A stretch of 64,000 nt of DNA from Oligoflexales bacterium (GTDB lineage Bacteria; Bdellovibrionota_B; Oligoflexia; Oligoflexales; CAIYRB01). Shown here piece after piece: positions 18,038 to 27,012 of the stretch (position 1 is the first letter of the stretch; the number at the start of each line of letters is the position of its first letter). Under the pieces are notes generated by a model. The model was not told where the DNA came from. It saw only the letters and a program-made list of their open reading frames with translations, and ran no database searches. The stretch covers positions 62,714 through 126,713 of the forward strand of contig JBGSUI010000191.1 of NCBI GenBank assembly GCA_041736175.1, given 5' to 3'. The position numbers and the translations under genes were made by a program.

Positions 18038-20827
18038 TCAATGGGCCTCCAACCAGTTGGGACCATGGCCAATGTTGACTTCAAGGGGGACATCGAGGGA
18101 TATGGCTTGGGTCATGGCCTTTTGAATCAGGGACACTAAGGTCTCAAGCTCCCCTGGGGGGGTTTCGAATACGAGTTCGTCATGGACTTGCAGCAGCATG
18201 CGAGCCTTTAGTCTTTGTTCTTTGAGCTCATAGGCCACTCGACCCATAGCCAGCTTGATCAAGTCAGCAGCACTGCCTTGGATAGGTGAATTGATGGCGA
18301 TATTGTCAAGGTTTGGACCCTGCCGTCCTGGTCGTTCCTGTCCCCAATCGATAGCCCTGCGCCGTCCGGTGATCGTCTTTACATAGTGGTGCTGCTTTGA
18401 AAACTGGATCGTCTCATCCACAAAAATTTTGATTCCTGGATAACTTTCAAAATATTTTTTAATAAAGTTAACAGCCTGGCCCATGGAGACTCCCGTTTCC
18501 TGTGCGAGTCGCATAGGACCCATGCCATAGATAATACCAAAATTGATCGCTTTTGCTTTGGAACGCATCGACCCATCCACCTGGTCAGGTGCCACGCCAA
18601 AAATTTTAGCGGCGGTCGTCTTATGAATATCTTCGCCTTTGCGAAAGGCTTCGATCAAGGCGGTCTCGTGGGCTAGATGGGCTAAGATTCTCAGTTCCAC
18701 CTGGGAGTAATCTGCGGAAACGAGGATCCAACCGGCGATGGACGGCTTAAAGGCGCGCCGGATCTCTTGACCTAAACTCGACCTAATGGGGATATTTTGG
18801 AGGTTGGGGTCCGACGAGCTCAGGCGTCCGGTGGCCGTACCGGTTTGGTGGTAGGTTGTATGGATGCAGTGGGTTTTTTCTTGAATGAGTTTTGGTAGAG
18901 CATCAACATAGGTGTTTTTAAGTTTAGTGACGGTTCGGTATTCAAGGATTAATTTAGGGAGTGGATGAGCCTTAAGTCTGGTGAGGACCGATTCGTCCGT
19001 AGAGTATCCAGATTTGGTTTTTTTTAGCTTTTGGATCCCTAATTGCTCATGAATTTTTAGCTTTTCGAAGATGACTTCAGCGAGTTGTTTTGGAGAGTTG
19101 ATGTTAAAGGTCAACCCTGCTAGCTGATAGACCTCCTGGGCACGTTCTTCAGCCAGTTGGTCTAAATGTTTGCTGAGGGTGGACAGCATTGCCTCATCTA
19201 TGGCGATGCCGTAACGTTCCATCTGGGCCAGGATGGGCACCATGGGCATCTCGACTTTTTCTAAGGCGTAGGTCAAATCTTGGTCTTTGATCAGGGGCAA
19301 AAGGTGATGAAAAAGCCTTAAAGTGTAGTCCGCATCCTCACAGCCGTAGTGGCTCAGGGTTTCCAAGGGTACTTTCAAGGTGGCCCCATGACTAGTAGCC
19401 TTTTCCTCTAAATCAAAAATACTAGAGGTTGGGGTTTTCTTAAACTGGAGATGGCGCTCGCAGCAGGCATCCAGCCCATGACCTCCCGCACCGGGGGTCA
19501 GCAGCCAGTCCATAACCATGGTATCCATAAGCGGTCCCGCTAGGGAAAGTCCCCAGGCGCTCAGCATCTGCAGGTCAAATTTAAGGTTATGTCCGACCTT
19601 GGTGTTAGAAGCTTGAAGAACCGTACTCACCATACTGCGGAGCTGGTCCTGTGGGATCTTGGTGTGCTCCGGGAGGAGGGGGATATAAAAGGCTTGTCCA
19701 GGGCCATCGGCTAAACAGATTCCAATTGGTTGGTCGTTGATAGGGGAGAGCCCCGTCGTCTCGGTATCAACGGCTATAAGAGGGGCTTGGATAAGGCGGA
19801 GGCACAGGGATTCCAAGTCTGTCGTATCGATCACAAGTTTGTAATGTAGGTCGTCTGAAAGCATAACTTTTGGAGCACTGATTTCCTCGGATTTTAAAGA
19901 TTCTTGGATTGGCTGGGCTTTGATATCCCTTAAGATCGACTGAAACTCCAGCTCGATATACTGGTCGACCAGTCGGGGGTGGTTGATCTGATCGGGGGTG
20001 ATCGCCTTGAAGTCATCAAGCTTGTCAAAGGGAAGGGGAGCATCGGTCTTTATGGTTGCCAGCTTTTGGGAAAGGTAGGTGAGTTCGTGGGATTTAATCA
20101 GCGCTTCTTTAGATTTTTTATTGTGAATCTTTTCGAGATTTTCATAAATACCATCCAGGGTCGCAAACTCCTGGAGCAGCTTAACGGCTCCCACTTTACC
20201 GATCCCATGACATCCAGGAATGTTATCCGAATCATCCCCAATCAGGGCCAGGTAGTCAACGAACTGGTCAGGATTGATTTGGTATTTGCTCTTGACCTGG
20301 TCTATGTCGAGGATCTCGTCGCCTTTTTGAAAAGGATTTAATAAAAAAACCTGGTCGTTGACCAGTTGGCAAAAGTCTTTGTCCCCCGAAATGATATAGC
20401 AATGGCAGTCGGAACTCGCAAACTTTCGAACCAGGGATCCTATAAGATCGTCGGCTTCGAGACCACTTTGTTGGATCATCTTGATTTGGAAGCCAGAGAG
20501 TAGTTTAAAAAATTCGGGGAGCTGCTTTGCTATGAGGGGAGGCATTTCTTTGCGGTTGGCCTTGTAGGGGGGGTACATCTCGTGACGAAAAGTGGGCTCT
20601 TTGCTATCGGTTGTGGCCACTAGAAAGTCAGGTCTCATTTCGGTTATGATTCTGTTGAGGAGTTTTGCCATCCCATAAACGGCCCCTGTGGGAAACCCCT
20701 TGCTGGACTGAAACGGCCTTTGTTCGCCGCCAAAAGCATGGAAAAATCGAAACACCATCGCCATGGAGTCGATGATAAAGAGCTTTTGCTGTGTTCGGAT
20801 GGGATTAGGGGTTGAATTCACATACAC
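18038..20827 (-). CDS. polA: DNA polymerase I
   Basis: 5'-3' exonuclease (YKANR, EADD, GDKD), 3'-5' exonuclease (DTETTG, HNLKFD, YGCEDAD), polymerase (TGRLSS.DPNLQNIP, DYSQVELR, KAINFGIIYG, QVHDEL). Confidence 0.98.
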   Translation of the reverse strand: MYVNSTPNPIRTQQKLFIIDSMAMVFRFFHAFGGEQRPFQSSKGFPTGAVYGMAKLLNRIITEMRPDFLVATTDSKEPTFRHEMYPPYKANRKEMPPLIAKQLPEFFKLLSGFQIKMIQQSGLEADDLIGSLVRKFASSDCHCYIISGDKDFCQLVNDQVFLLNPFQKGDEILDIDQVKSKYQINPDQFVDYLALIGDDSDNIPGCHGIGKVGAVKLLQEFATLDGIYENLEKIHNKKSKEALIKSHELTYLSQKLATIKTDAPLPFDKLDDFKAITPDQINHPRLVDQYIELEFQSILRDIKAQPIQESLKSEEISAPKVMLSDDLHYKLVIDTTDLESLCLRLIQAPLIAVDTETTGLSPINDQPIGICLADGPGQAFYIPLLPEHTKIPQDQLRSMVSTVLQASNTKVGHNLKFDLQMLSAWGLSLAGPLMDTMVMDWLLTPGAGGHGLDACCERHLQFKKTPTSSIFDLEEKATSHGATLKVPLETLSHYGCEDADYTLRLFHHLLPLIKDQDLTYALEKVEMPMVPILAQMERYGIAIDEAMLSTLSKHLDQLAEERAQEVYQLAGLTFNINSPKQLAEVIFEKLKIHEQLGIQKLKKTKSGYSTDESVLTRLKAHPLPKLILEYRTVTKLKNTYVDALPKLIQEKTHCIHTTYHQTGTATGRLSSSDPNLQNIPIRSSLGQEIRRAFKPSIAGWILVSADYSQVELRILAHLAHETALIEAFRKGEDIHKTTAAKIFGVAPDQVDGSMRSKAKAINFGIIYGMGPMRLAQETGVSMGQAVNFIKKYFESYPGIKIFVDETIQFSKQHHYVKTITGRRRAIDWGQERPGRQGPNLDNIAINSPIQGSAADLIKLAMGRVAYELKEQRLKARMLLQVHDELVFETPPGELETLVSLIQKAMTQAISLDVPLEVNIGHGPNWLEAH

Positions 20828-20973
20828 CTCATGTCATAAGCCGTCTGGCTGGTATAGAATTACACGTTCGTTGATCGGGTGATATTACTTTGTCGTATTT
20901 TAGGCAACGGCCTTTGCCTATTGGCAACATTTATACTAGGATGGAACCAGACTGTTTCTAAATGAGGGAGCCC

Positions 20974-22260
20974 ATGAGTCAATACGCCGAATTAAAGCTA
21001 GAGGGGAAAACCTACCAACTACCCATTGTGGCAGGTACTGAAAACGAAAAAGCAATCGATATTAAGAAATTGCGTCAGGACACCGGCTACATCACCATCG
21101 ATTCGGGATATGGCAACACTGGGTCCTGCACGAGTGCTGTGACTTTTATCGATGGAGAGAAGGGTATCCTCCGCTATCGGGGTTACCCGATCGAACAGTT
21201 GGCGGAAAAGTCGACTTTTGTGGAGACCGCCTACCTCTTGATCTATGGTCGTCTTCCCAACCAAACTGAGCTAGGCGATTTTCGTCAGATGTTGACACGC
21301 CACTCACTCCTTCATGAAGACATGCTGCATTTTTATGATGGTTACCCTTCCACCGCCCATCCTATGGCGATCCTATCCTCTATGGTGTGCTCCCTCTCGA
21401 GCTATTATCCCGAGTGGCTGGATCCCAACGATCCAGCCCAAGTGAACCAGCTCGTTCCACGGGTCCTCTCGAAGATTCGGACCATTGCGGCTTATTCCTA
21501 TAAAAAATCCATTGGCCAGCCAGTCATCTACCCTAAGAACTCCTTAGACTACTGCGCAAACTTCCTCTATATGATGTTTGCGGTGCCGTCGGAGCCTTAC
21601 GAAGTCGATCAAGAGTTGGTGAAAACCCTCAATATGCTTTTGATTCTCCATGCAGATCACGAGCAAAACTGTTCCACATCGACCGTGCGTATGGTCGGAT
21701 CCTCTGATGCCAACCTTTTTGCTTCGATTGCAGCGGGGATCCTGGCTCTTTGGGGACCAAAGCATGGGGGCGCTAACCAAGAAGTCGTTGAGATGTTGGA
21801 CTTGATCCATCGCAACGGAGGTGATGTTAAAAAAGCAGTAGCCATGGCGAAAGACAAAAACTCCGGATTCCGCCTGATGGGCTTCGGACATCGGGTCTAT
21901 AAAAATTATGACCCGAGGGCCAAGGTGATCAAGAAAGCCTGTGATCAGATCCTGGCGCGGATGGGTAAGAATGATCCCTTGCTAGAGATTGCAAAAAGGC
22001 TGGAAGAAGCGGCCCTCAATGATCCTTATTTTGTCGAGAGAAAGCTCTATCCTAACGTGGATTTCTATTCGGGGGTGATTTACCGTGCCATGGGGATCCC
22101 AACGGGTATGTTTACAGTGATGTTTGCCCTAGGTCGCCTCCCAGGGTGGATCGCCCAATGGGTCGAGATGCACGGACAGGGTGAGGGTCGGATTGACCGG
22201 CCTCGGCAGATTTATACGGGCGAACAGGTCCGAGATTACCTACCCATTAACCAAAGATAG
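20974..22260 (+). CDS. gltA: Citrate synthase (type II)
   Basis: LRYRGYPIEQL, HADHEQNCST, HGGANQ, GFGHRVYKNYDPR, YPNVDFYSG; RBS GAGGGAG before ATG 20974. Confidence 0.98.
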   Translation: MSQYAELKLEGKTYQLPIVAGTENEKAIDIKKLRQDTGYITIDSGYGNTGSCTSAVTFIDGEKGILRYRGYPIEQLAEKSTFVETAYLLIYGRLPNQTELGDFRQMLTRHSLLHEDMLHFYDGYPSTAHPMAILSSMVCSLSSYYPEWLDPNDPAQVNQLVPRVLSKIRTIAAYSYKKSIGQPVIYPKNSLDYCANFLYMMFAVPSEPYEVDQELVKTLNMLLILHADHEQNCSTSTVRMVGSSDANLFASIAAGILALWGPKHGGANQEVVEMLDLIHRNGGDVKKAVAMAKDKNSGFRLMGFGHRVYKNYDPRAKVIKKACDQILARMGKNDPLLEIAKRLEEAALNDPYFVERKLYPNVDFYSGVIYRAMGIPTGMFTVMFALGRLPGWIAQWVEMHGQGEGRIDRPRQIYTGEQVRDYLPINQR

Positions 22261-22283
22261 TCTCAGTCATTGCGGAAGCAAAC

Positions 22284-22778
22284 GTGTCCTACTGGTTGAT
22301 GAAAACTGAGCCCTCCGTGTTTGCCTTTGGGGATTTTTTAAAACATCCCCAAAGGCTAGCTAGCTGGGAAGGAGTTCGTAACTACCAGGCTCGCAATTTT
22401 ATGCGAGATCAGTTTAAACTAGGAGACTTGGCAGCCATTTACCACAGTCGGTGTGAGACCCCAGAGATCGTGGGAGTCGCTCAAGTGGCTAAAGAAGCCT
22501 ATCCCGACCCTACCGCTCTTGATACCAAGAGTCCCTATTTCGATCCCAAGTCCCTAGAAGGCCAAAAAAGCCGCTGGGTGATGGTCGATCTTGTGGCGAT
22601 TGCCCTCTTAGATCATCCAGTGAGTCTTAAGGAAATCAAGGCGACCGCCAGTCTCAAGACGATGCTTGTGGCCCGCCCAGGCCAGCGCCTTTCGGTCCAG
22701 CCGGTGACCCCGAAGGAATGGGAGATGGTGATGGCTCTAGGGCGTCCGCGGGATCTTCCTCGGATTTCCCATGATTGA
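22284..22778 (+). CDS. EVE domain protein
   Basis: YWLMKTEP, WEGVRNYQARN, YHS, AYPD...YFDPKS, RLSVQPV. Confidence 0.95.
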   Translation: MSYWLMKTEPSVFAFGDFLKHPQRLASWEGVRNYQARNFMRDQFKLGDLAAIYHSRCETPEIVGVAQVAKEAYPDPTALDTKSPYFDPKSLEGQKSRWVMVDLVAIALLDHPVSLKEIKATASLKTMLVARPGQRLSVQPVTPKEWEMVMALGRPRDLPRISHD

Positions 22779-23385
22779 TGGGCCTTGGAGGCGAATATTG
22801 CCCCGTTGGACTGGGCCTCTCTTGGGGCTCTATCGCCGCAGGGGCTTGACCCCCAATCAGATCACAGGTCTTGGTCTGCTCTGTGCCCTCGTGGCTGCCT
22901 GGCTGGTAAGCCTCCAGTGGTTTGGGACAGCTTTAGGCTTTTGGTGGTTAGGGCGCCTCTTTGATGGCACAGATGGCATCTATGCCCGAGATATGGGCCA
23001 AGCGACGGCTTTTGGCGGCTATTTGGATATCCTCCTCGATATGGCGAGCTACTCCGTCATGCTGGTTGGATTTTATGGTGCGATGCCCCAGAGGGGGTTG
23101 CAGTGGTTAGTGATTGCAGTGCTCTACACTCTTTGTATCACCTCGGCTTTAGCTCTCGGCGAGTACGAGACTAAACACCATCTCGGAGCAGAGGATCACC
23201 GCAGCCTGAGGTTGGCTACGGGGATTGCGGAGGGGGGTGAGACGGGGATCTTTTATACTTTGATGCTGCTCTTTCCTGGCCAGTGGAGTCTTTTTATCGG
23301 CTGTTGGATCGTCATTCTCGTGATTACGGTAGTGTCCCGATCGTTCCTCGCTTACCGGGTGATGGTGCGCGAAAAAAGAAGCTAG
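22771..23385 (+). CDS. CDP-alcohol phosphatidyltransferase family protein (YnjF-like)
   Basis: TPNQIT and the signature D-G-x2-A-R-x8-G-x3-D-x3-D (DGTDGIYAR...GGYLDILLD); GIAEGGET. Confidence 0.92.
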   Translation: MIDGPWRRILPRWTGPLLGLYRRRGLTPNQITGLGLLCALVAAWLVSLQWFGTALGFWWLGRLFDGTDGIYARDMGQATAFGGYLDILLDMASYSVMLVGFYGAMPQRGLQWLVIAVLYTLCITSALALGEYETKHHLGAEDHRSLRLATGIAEGGETGIFYTLMLLFPGQWSLFIGCWIVILVITVVSRSFLAYRVMVREKRS

Positions 23386-23588
23386 GAGATCCTCGCTCCC
23401 TAACAGCGATTGGTAAAGACGAACCTGTTTGGTTCCAAAATAGCCCCAGATCAACGGGTTATCCCCTGTCCAAAAAAAGCCTTTAGTTTTTTTACGAGAT
23501 CACCGAGGACCCTCAGTCGATTTTGTGGGAGCAAATGACTGCTTGTCCATGAATCAAAGTATCCTAAGACTTGTTGAGGGGAGCATTT

Positions 23589-24407
23589 ATGAAACTTTTT
23601 AATTTGATGATGATTCCGATGACGACGGCGTGCTTTTTGATTGGTTGTGGTAAGCCCACTTTTTCGTCACAAAAGGTCGCCTCGGAGGGGCCCGCACCTT
23701 CTTCAGAGCAGAGCCTTGCAGCCGAATCCAAGAGATCGGCAAAAGCACCCAAAACGGAAGCCAAAAAGGATTTGGACTGTTCTGGAATCATCCTCCATGG
23801 GGACCATGAGGGATGTGACGTGCAGGATCTTGAGGCTGAAAAGACCATCGCCCAAGGAGACGCCAAAATCCCACCCGAGGTGATCGCGGCTCCCAAACCT
23901 TTAGGGAGCTCTGAAAAAGAGGCTGCTCCAGTGGCTGAGAGTAAACTGCCTCCACAAGAAACCGTGGCGACGCCGGTCGAAACCCAGCCACCCACCCAGG
24001 CACCCGCACCTAAACCTACAACGGAACCTGCTCCTGCCCCAGCTCCTGCTCCTGCCCCAGCTCCTGCTCCGGCCCCAGCTCCGGCCCCAGCTCCGACCAC
24101 TCCTCCAAAGGATCCAAATATCGTCGAGTTTAAGATTAAAGCTGGCACTGCAGGAAACCCTTGGAATACACCTGAAACCATGGTCACCCTTAAGGTGGGC
24201 CAAACCCTACGCCTGGTCAACGAGGACACTGTGAATCATCGTCTTCACACAGGGGGAGCACCATGTCCCCACGGAACAAACTTTGCACCCGGACAAACCT
24301 TTGACTGTGTGGCCACAAGGGCCCTCGACCCCGCGGCGACTCCAGGTAGGACCTATGATCATATCGCCGGTGAGGACGCTCTTTTTCATCTTAAGGTCGT
24401 TCCTTAA
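23589..24407 (+). CDS. Lipoprotein with (PA)n linker and C-terminal cupredoxin-like domain
   Basis: LIGC lipobox; GGAG RBS before ATG 23589; VTLKVGQTLRLVNED...H and PGQTF pattern. Confidence 0.78.
   Translation: MKLFNLMMIPMTTACFLIGCGKPTFSSQKVASEGPAPSSEQSLAAESKRSAKAPKTEAKKDLDCSGIILHGDHEGCDVQDLEAEKTIAQGDAKIPPEVIAAPKPLGSSEKEAAPVAESKLPPQETVATPVETQPPTQAPAPKPTTEPAPAPAPAPAPAPAPAPAPAPAPTTPPKDPNIVEFKIKAGTAGNPWNTPETMVTLKVGQTLRLVNEDTVNHRLHTGGAPCPHGTNFAPGQTFDCVATRALDPAATPGRTYDHIAGEDALFHLKVVP
24027..24095 (+). repeat. Pro-Ala coding repeat
   Basis: Tandem ccNgcY hexamers encoding (PA)n. Confidence 0.9.
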
Positions 24408-24416
24408 GTTAGGGAC

Positions 24417-25244
24417 TTAGATTGCAGCACTTAGACCAAGTTTAATAGACCAAATGCGCAGGATAGGCCTTGAAGGAAACCCAAGGCCCTCAAGGGTGTA
24501 GGTGCCTTCCAGCAGTCCCAGAGATTGGTCGTCTCCGAGATATTCCCCTTCAAAGGTGCCTTGGGACTGGGTTTGATCTAAACGGTAGAGGGTGTTGACC
24601 CAGGAGAGTTGGGCTGAGAGACCGTCGGTAAGAGTGATGGCGCTGCCGATCTCCCCTTGGTACACCCGCCCTATAATCCTGTTGATATCGATTTGCTGAA
24701 AGCTGTTAGCCGTGGTTTTATCCGAGGACAGTTTGGAAAAGGTGATCCCACTGGAGGCGGTGATAAAGAGGGGAGTGGACCAAAGTCCATAGGACTCATC
24801 CCATTTAAACTTGATTCCCAAGAGGCCGGTTCTGTGGTCGTAACGGTTAAGAGATTTATCAGTCTCGTTGACGGCGGTCTTAGTACTGACCACGGTGTTG
24901 CTAACGGCCAGCTGGGGTCCTAGGGCGATAGGGGCTCCGAGAGTCTCTTTAAAGCTAAAGACTTTGCTAAGGTTCAGCTCAAAACCTGAGGCATACCTGA
25001 CGTCCATACCATCGGACCCACGGCCACCACCCACAAAGGGACCAAACCCTAGGTCAATCCCCAAGGGCCCAGGTTTCGAGATTTTGGCGGATGGAGACGT
25101 GCTAAGGGACTCTAAGTCGTTTATCTCAGTGGAGGTCAACGATTGTCCTTGGAGGTATGAGCCATTGGAGAATAAAACTGCCAGGAGCATCGCTTGGAGA
25201 CTGCGGCGCACTTTTGTATAAACCCTCGAAGAATGCTTTTCCAT
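24417..25244 (-). CDS. Hypothetical exported beta-barrel-like protein
   Basis: Signal-like N-terminus, amphipathic strands ending IKLGLSAAI; AAGGGG RBS. Confidence 0.65.
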   Translation of the reverse strand: MEKHSSRVYTKVRRSLQAMLLAVLFSNGSYLQGQSLTSTEINDLESLSTSPSAKISKPGPLGIDLGFGPFVGGGRGSDGMDVRYASGFELNLSKVFSFKETLGAPIALGPQLAVSNTVVSTKTAVNETDKSLNRYDHRTGLLGIKFKWDESYGLWSTPLFITASSGITFSKLSSDKTTANSFQQIDINRIIGRVYQGEIGSAITLTDGLSAQLSWVNTLYRLDQTQSQGTFEGEYLGDDQSLGLLEGTYTLEGLGFPSRPILRIWSIKLGLSAAI

Positions 25245-25362
25245 GAAAACCCCTTCCCTAAAGAGATTAATAGTATTTGGTGTCTTATCATAAAAATATT
25301 ATAATGGGTAGTTTTTTTAATAGTGGGAGATTTTGCCTAGCTATAAGATTCAGGTGCCTGAC

Positions 25363-25391
25363 TTGACAGCTCTTTCTAGAAATCGAATAGT
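25363..25391 (+). promoter_or_regulatory. Possible sigma-70 promoter
   Basis: TTGACA-N17-AATAGT upstream of the acidic protein/Tsr3-like operon. Confidence 0.4.
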
Positions 25392-25432
25392 GGAAAGTGG
25401 ATAAAGTGTTTTATAGACTTTACAAGCTTCTT

Positions 25433-25458
25433 GGGGGAAAGGGGCGTGGGGATAGGGG
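25433..25458 (+). other. Intergenic G-quadruplex-forming motif
   Basis: GGGGG-AAA-GGGG-CGT-GGGG-ATA-GGGG: four G-runs of at least 4 with uniform 3-nt loops. Confidence 0.7.
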
Positions 25459-25589
25459 CATGAAAAAAATGCATTGGACTGCGGTAGGAGCTTGCGTGTT
25501 CCTTCAAGGACTGGCATTTGATTCCTACGGGAATGGATGATGACTGGGGCGAGAGTGCAGATAAGATCTTAAAAAGAAAGGAATTACTT

Positions 25590-25916
25590 GTGTGGAAGGT
25601 CTATAATATTGCAACCGGGCGGATTGCGAAAGCAGGTTTTGATTCCGAGGACCAGGCAAAAGATTGGCTCGAGCGCCGGAAGGAGCTTGCAGACGACGAG
25701 TTTGATATCGACGAAATGGATGACGAAGAGGAAGAAGAGTTCCTTGAAAGCGAAGCCGGTGAGGGCGAGCGCGGAGGAGCCTTTGATGCTGAGGAAGACG
25801 AGGAGATACGTGACATCTCTTATCCCGAAGAGCCCCTTGATGTGGAGGAAGACGACGTCGATGCAGACGACGAAGATGAGGATGATGAAGTCGAAGATGA
25901 AGAAGAGGATGACTGA
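25590..25916 (+). CDS. Small, highly acidic protein
   Basis: GTG 25590 preceded by AAAGGAA; short folded-looking N-terminus (WKVYNIATGRIAKAGFDSEDQAKDWLE) then an Asp/Glu tail; about half of residues are D/E by hand count. Confidence 0.8.
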   Translation: MWKVYNIATGRIAKAGFDSEDQAKDWLERRKELADDEFDIDEMDDEEEEEFLESEAGEGERGGAFDAEEDEEIRDISYPEEPLDVEEDDVDADDEDEDDEVEDEEEDD

Positions 25917-25921
25917 TCAAG

Positions 25922-26446
25922 ATGGGCATCGTTTTTGAAGTGCTTGTTGATAAGACTGAGAAACCAAACAAATGTACGATATTACCCCAGGCTGAGCGGT
26001 CAGACTTTAAGGTGCGCCGCTTTTCTCGCGACAGAGGGATTTCGCCGCTTATAGGTCAGTGGCTGCTACACCCTGACGGTGTGGAAATCGATGTCCGGAC
26101 ATCCAATTCTTTAGATGGATTTGGACAGGAACCAACTCCCGTCCTATCAGTCGTGGACTGCAACTGGCGCCGACTGGCTGGCATTTTATGCAAAGTGGAG
26201 GGGCCTCTGCCTCCAATGGTAAAGATTCCCTCGGGCTTTGAGACGGCCTACCCCCGCAAAAACAGCCAAAACCTTGATCCCCAGGGGGGGCTGGCCACCA
26301 TAGAGGCGATCTTTATTGCCGCGGGGCTTATGGGTCAATGGGATCCGAGTCTTTTAGACAAATTTCACTGGCGCAGGGAGTTTTTTCAGATTAATCACCA
26401 GCGCCTGAGGGATTTTGGATTTTCTATGACGGGGCCACTCCTATAG
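25922..26446 (+). CDS. Tsr3/DUF367-like (TDD superfamily) aminocarboxypropyltransferase homologue
   Basis: EKPNKCT, LHP, VVDCNW (DxxW), AYPR, LATIEA and LLDKFHW...F..IN match Tsr3/TDD motifs. Confidence 0.8.
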   Translation: MGIVFEVLVDKTEKPNKCTILPQAERSDFKVRRFSRDRGISPLIGQWLLHPDGVEIDVRTSNSLDGFGQEPTPVLSVVDCNWRRLAGILCKVEGPLPPMVKIPSGFETAYPRKNSQNLDPQGGLATIEAIFIAAGLMGQWDPSLLDKFHWRREFFQINHQRLRDFGFSMTGPLL

Positions 26447-26535
26447 TCGTGGTCTGCGCGATAGAGTCCTCTCTACCTCGCTCTCATTCAGTCCTGTGAT
26501 ATTCGCAATTTCTGGGATGGTCTTACTGACGTAAC

Positions 26536-26808
26536 TCAGCCAGCTCTTCGCTCTTTGTACGCCTGTTCCAGATCCCACATTTGTTGTAGATTGAGCCAAA
26601 ATTCGGGTGTTGTCTTCAATACTTCAGAAAGCTCTATAGCCGACGCCGCCGTGACGGATCTTTTTCCGCGGATGATTTCATTGAGCTTACGAGGAGTCCA
26701 ACCCAATTTTCCTGCAAAAGTCCGCTGAGATAATCCAAGAGGTTCGATAAACTCTTCTAGCAAAATCTCTCCTGGATGAAAAGGAGACTCAAAACGTTTG
26801 AACTTCAT
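26536..26808 (-). CDS. higA: HigA-family antitoxin (XRE HTH)
   Basis: HPGEILLEEF, LNEIIRGKRSVT, TTPEFWLNLQ. Confidence 0.95.
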   Translation of the reverse strand: MKFKRFESPFHPGEILLEEFIEPLGLSQRTFAGKLGWTPRKLNEIIRGKRSVTAASAIELSEVLKTTPEFWLNLQQMWDLEQAYKERRAG

Positions 26809-27012
26809 GAATGATAATCCTCCACTCGCACATCATACGCATTCCCACCTTCGAATTTAAAAATAACCCGCCATTGGTCGTTAACTCGAATGGAATAGTA
26901 TACTTTTAAGTTTCCCTTTAGACGCTCTAACCTATTGCCTGGTGGTCCCGTCAAGCTTTTTCTGAAAAATTCCAAGAATGCTTTTAGAGCCAGTTCGTCC
27001 CGGGGCGAACAT
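26805..27012 (-). pseudogene. higB: Disrupted HigB toxin (C-terminal half intact, N-terminal half missing or out of frame)
   Basis: PPGNRLERLKG...YSIRVNDQWRVIFKF....YDVRVEDYH with an ATGA overlap to higA. The in-frame upstream sequence is not HigB-like; QKKLD lies one base out of frame just upstream. Confidence 0.8.

Noticed and set aside
22284..22778. EVE protein as part of a modification-dependent defence system
   Set aside because: Stand-alone EVE between gltA and a phosphatidyltransferase, with no nuclease partner.
23564..24229. Antisense 221-aa ORF with (GA)n repeat
   Set aside because: Shadow of the (PA)n linker; the plus-strand ORF has an RBS and lipobox.
25525..25971. His/Arg-rich antisense ORF and other frames over the acidic gene
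   Set aside because: Low-complexity shadows of GAN codons.
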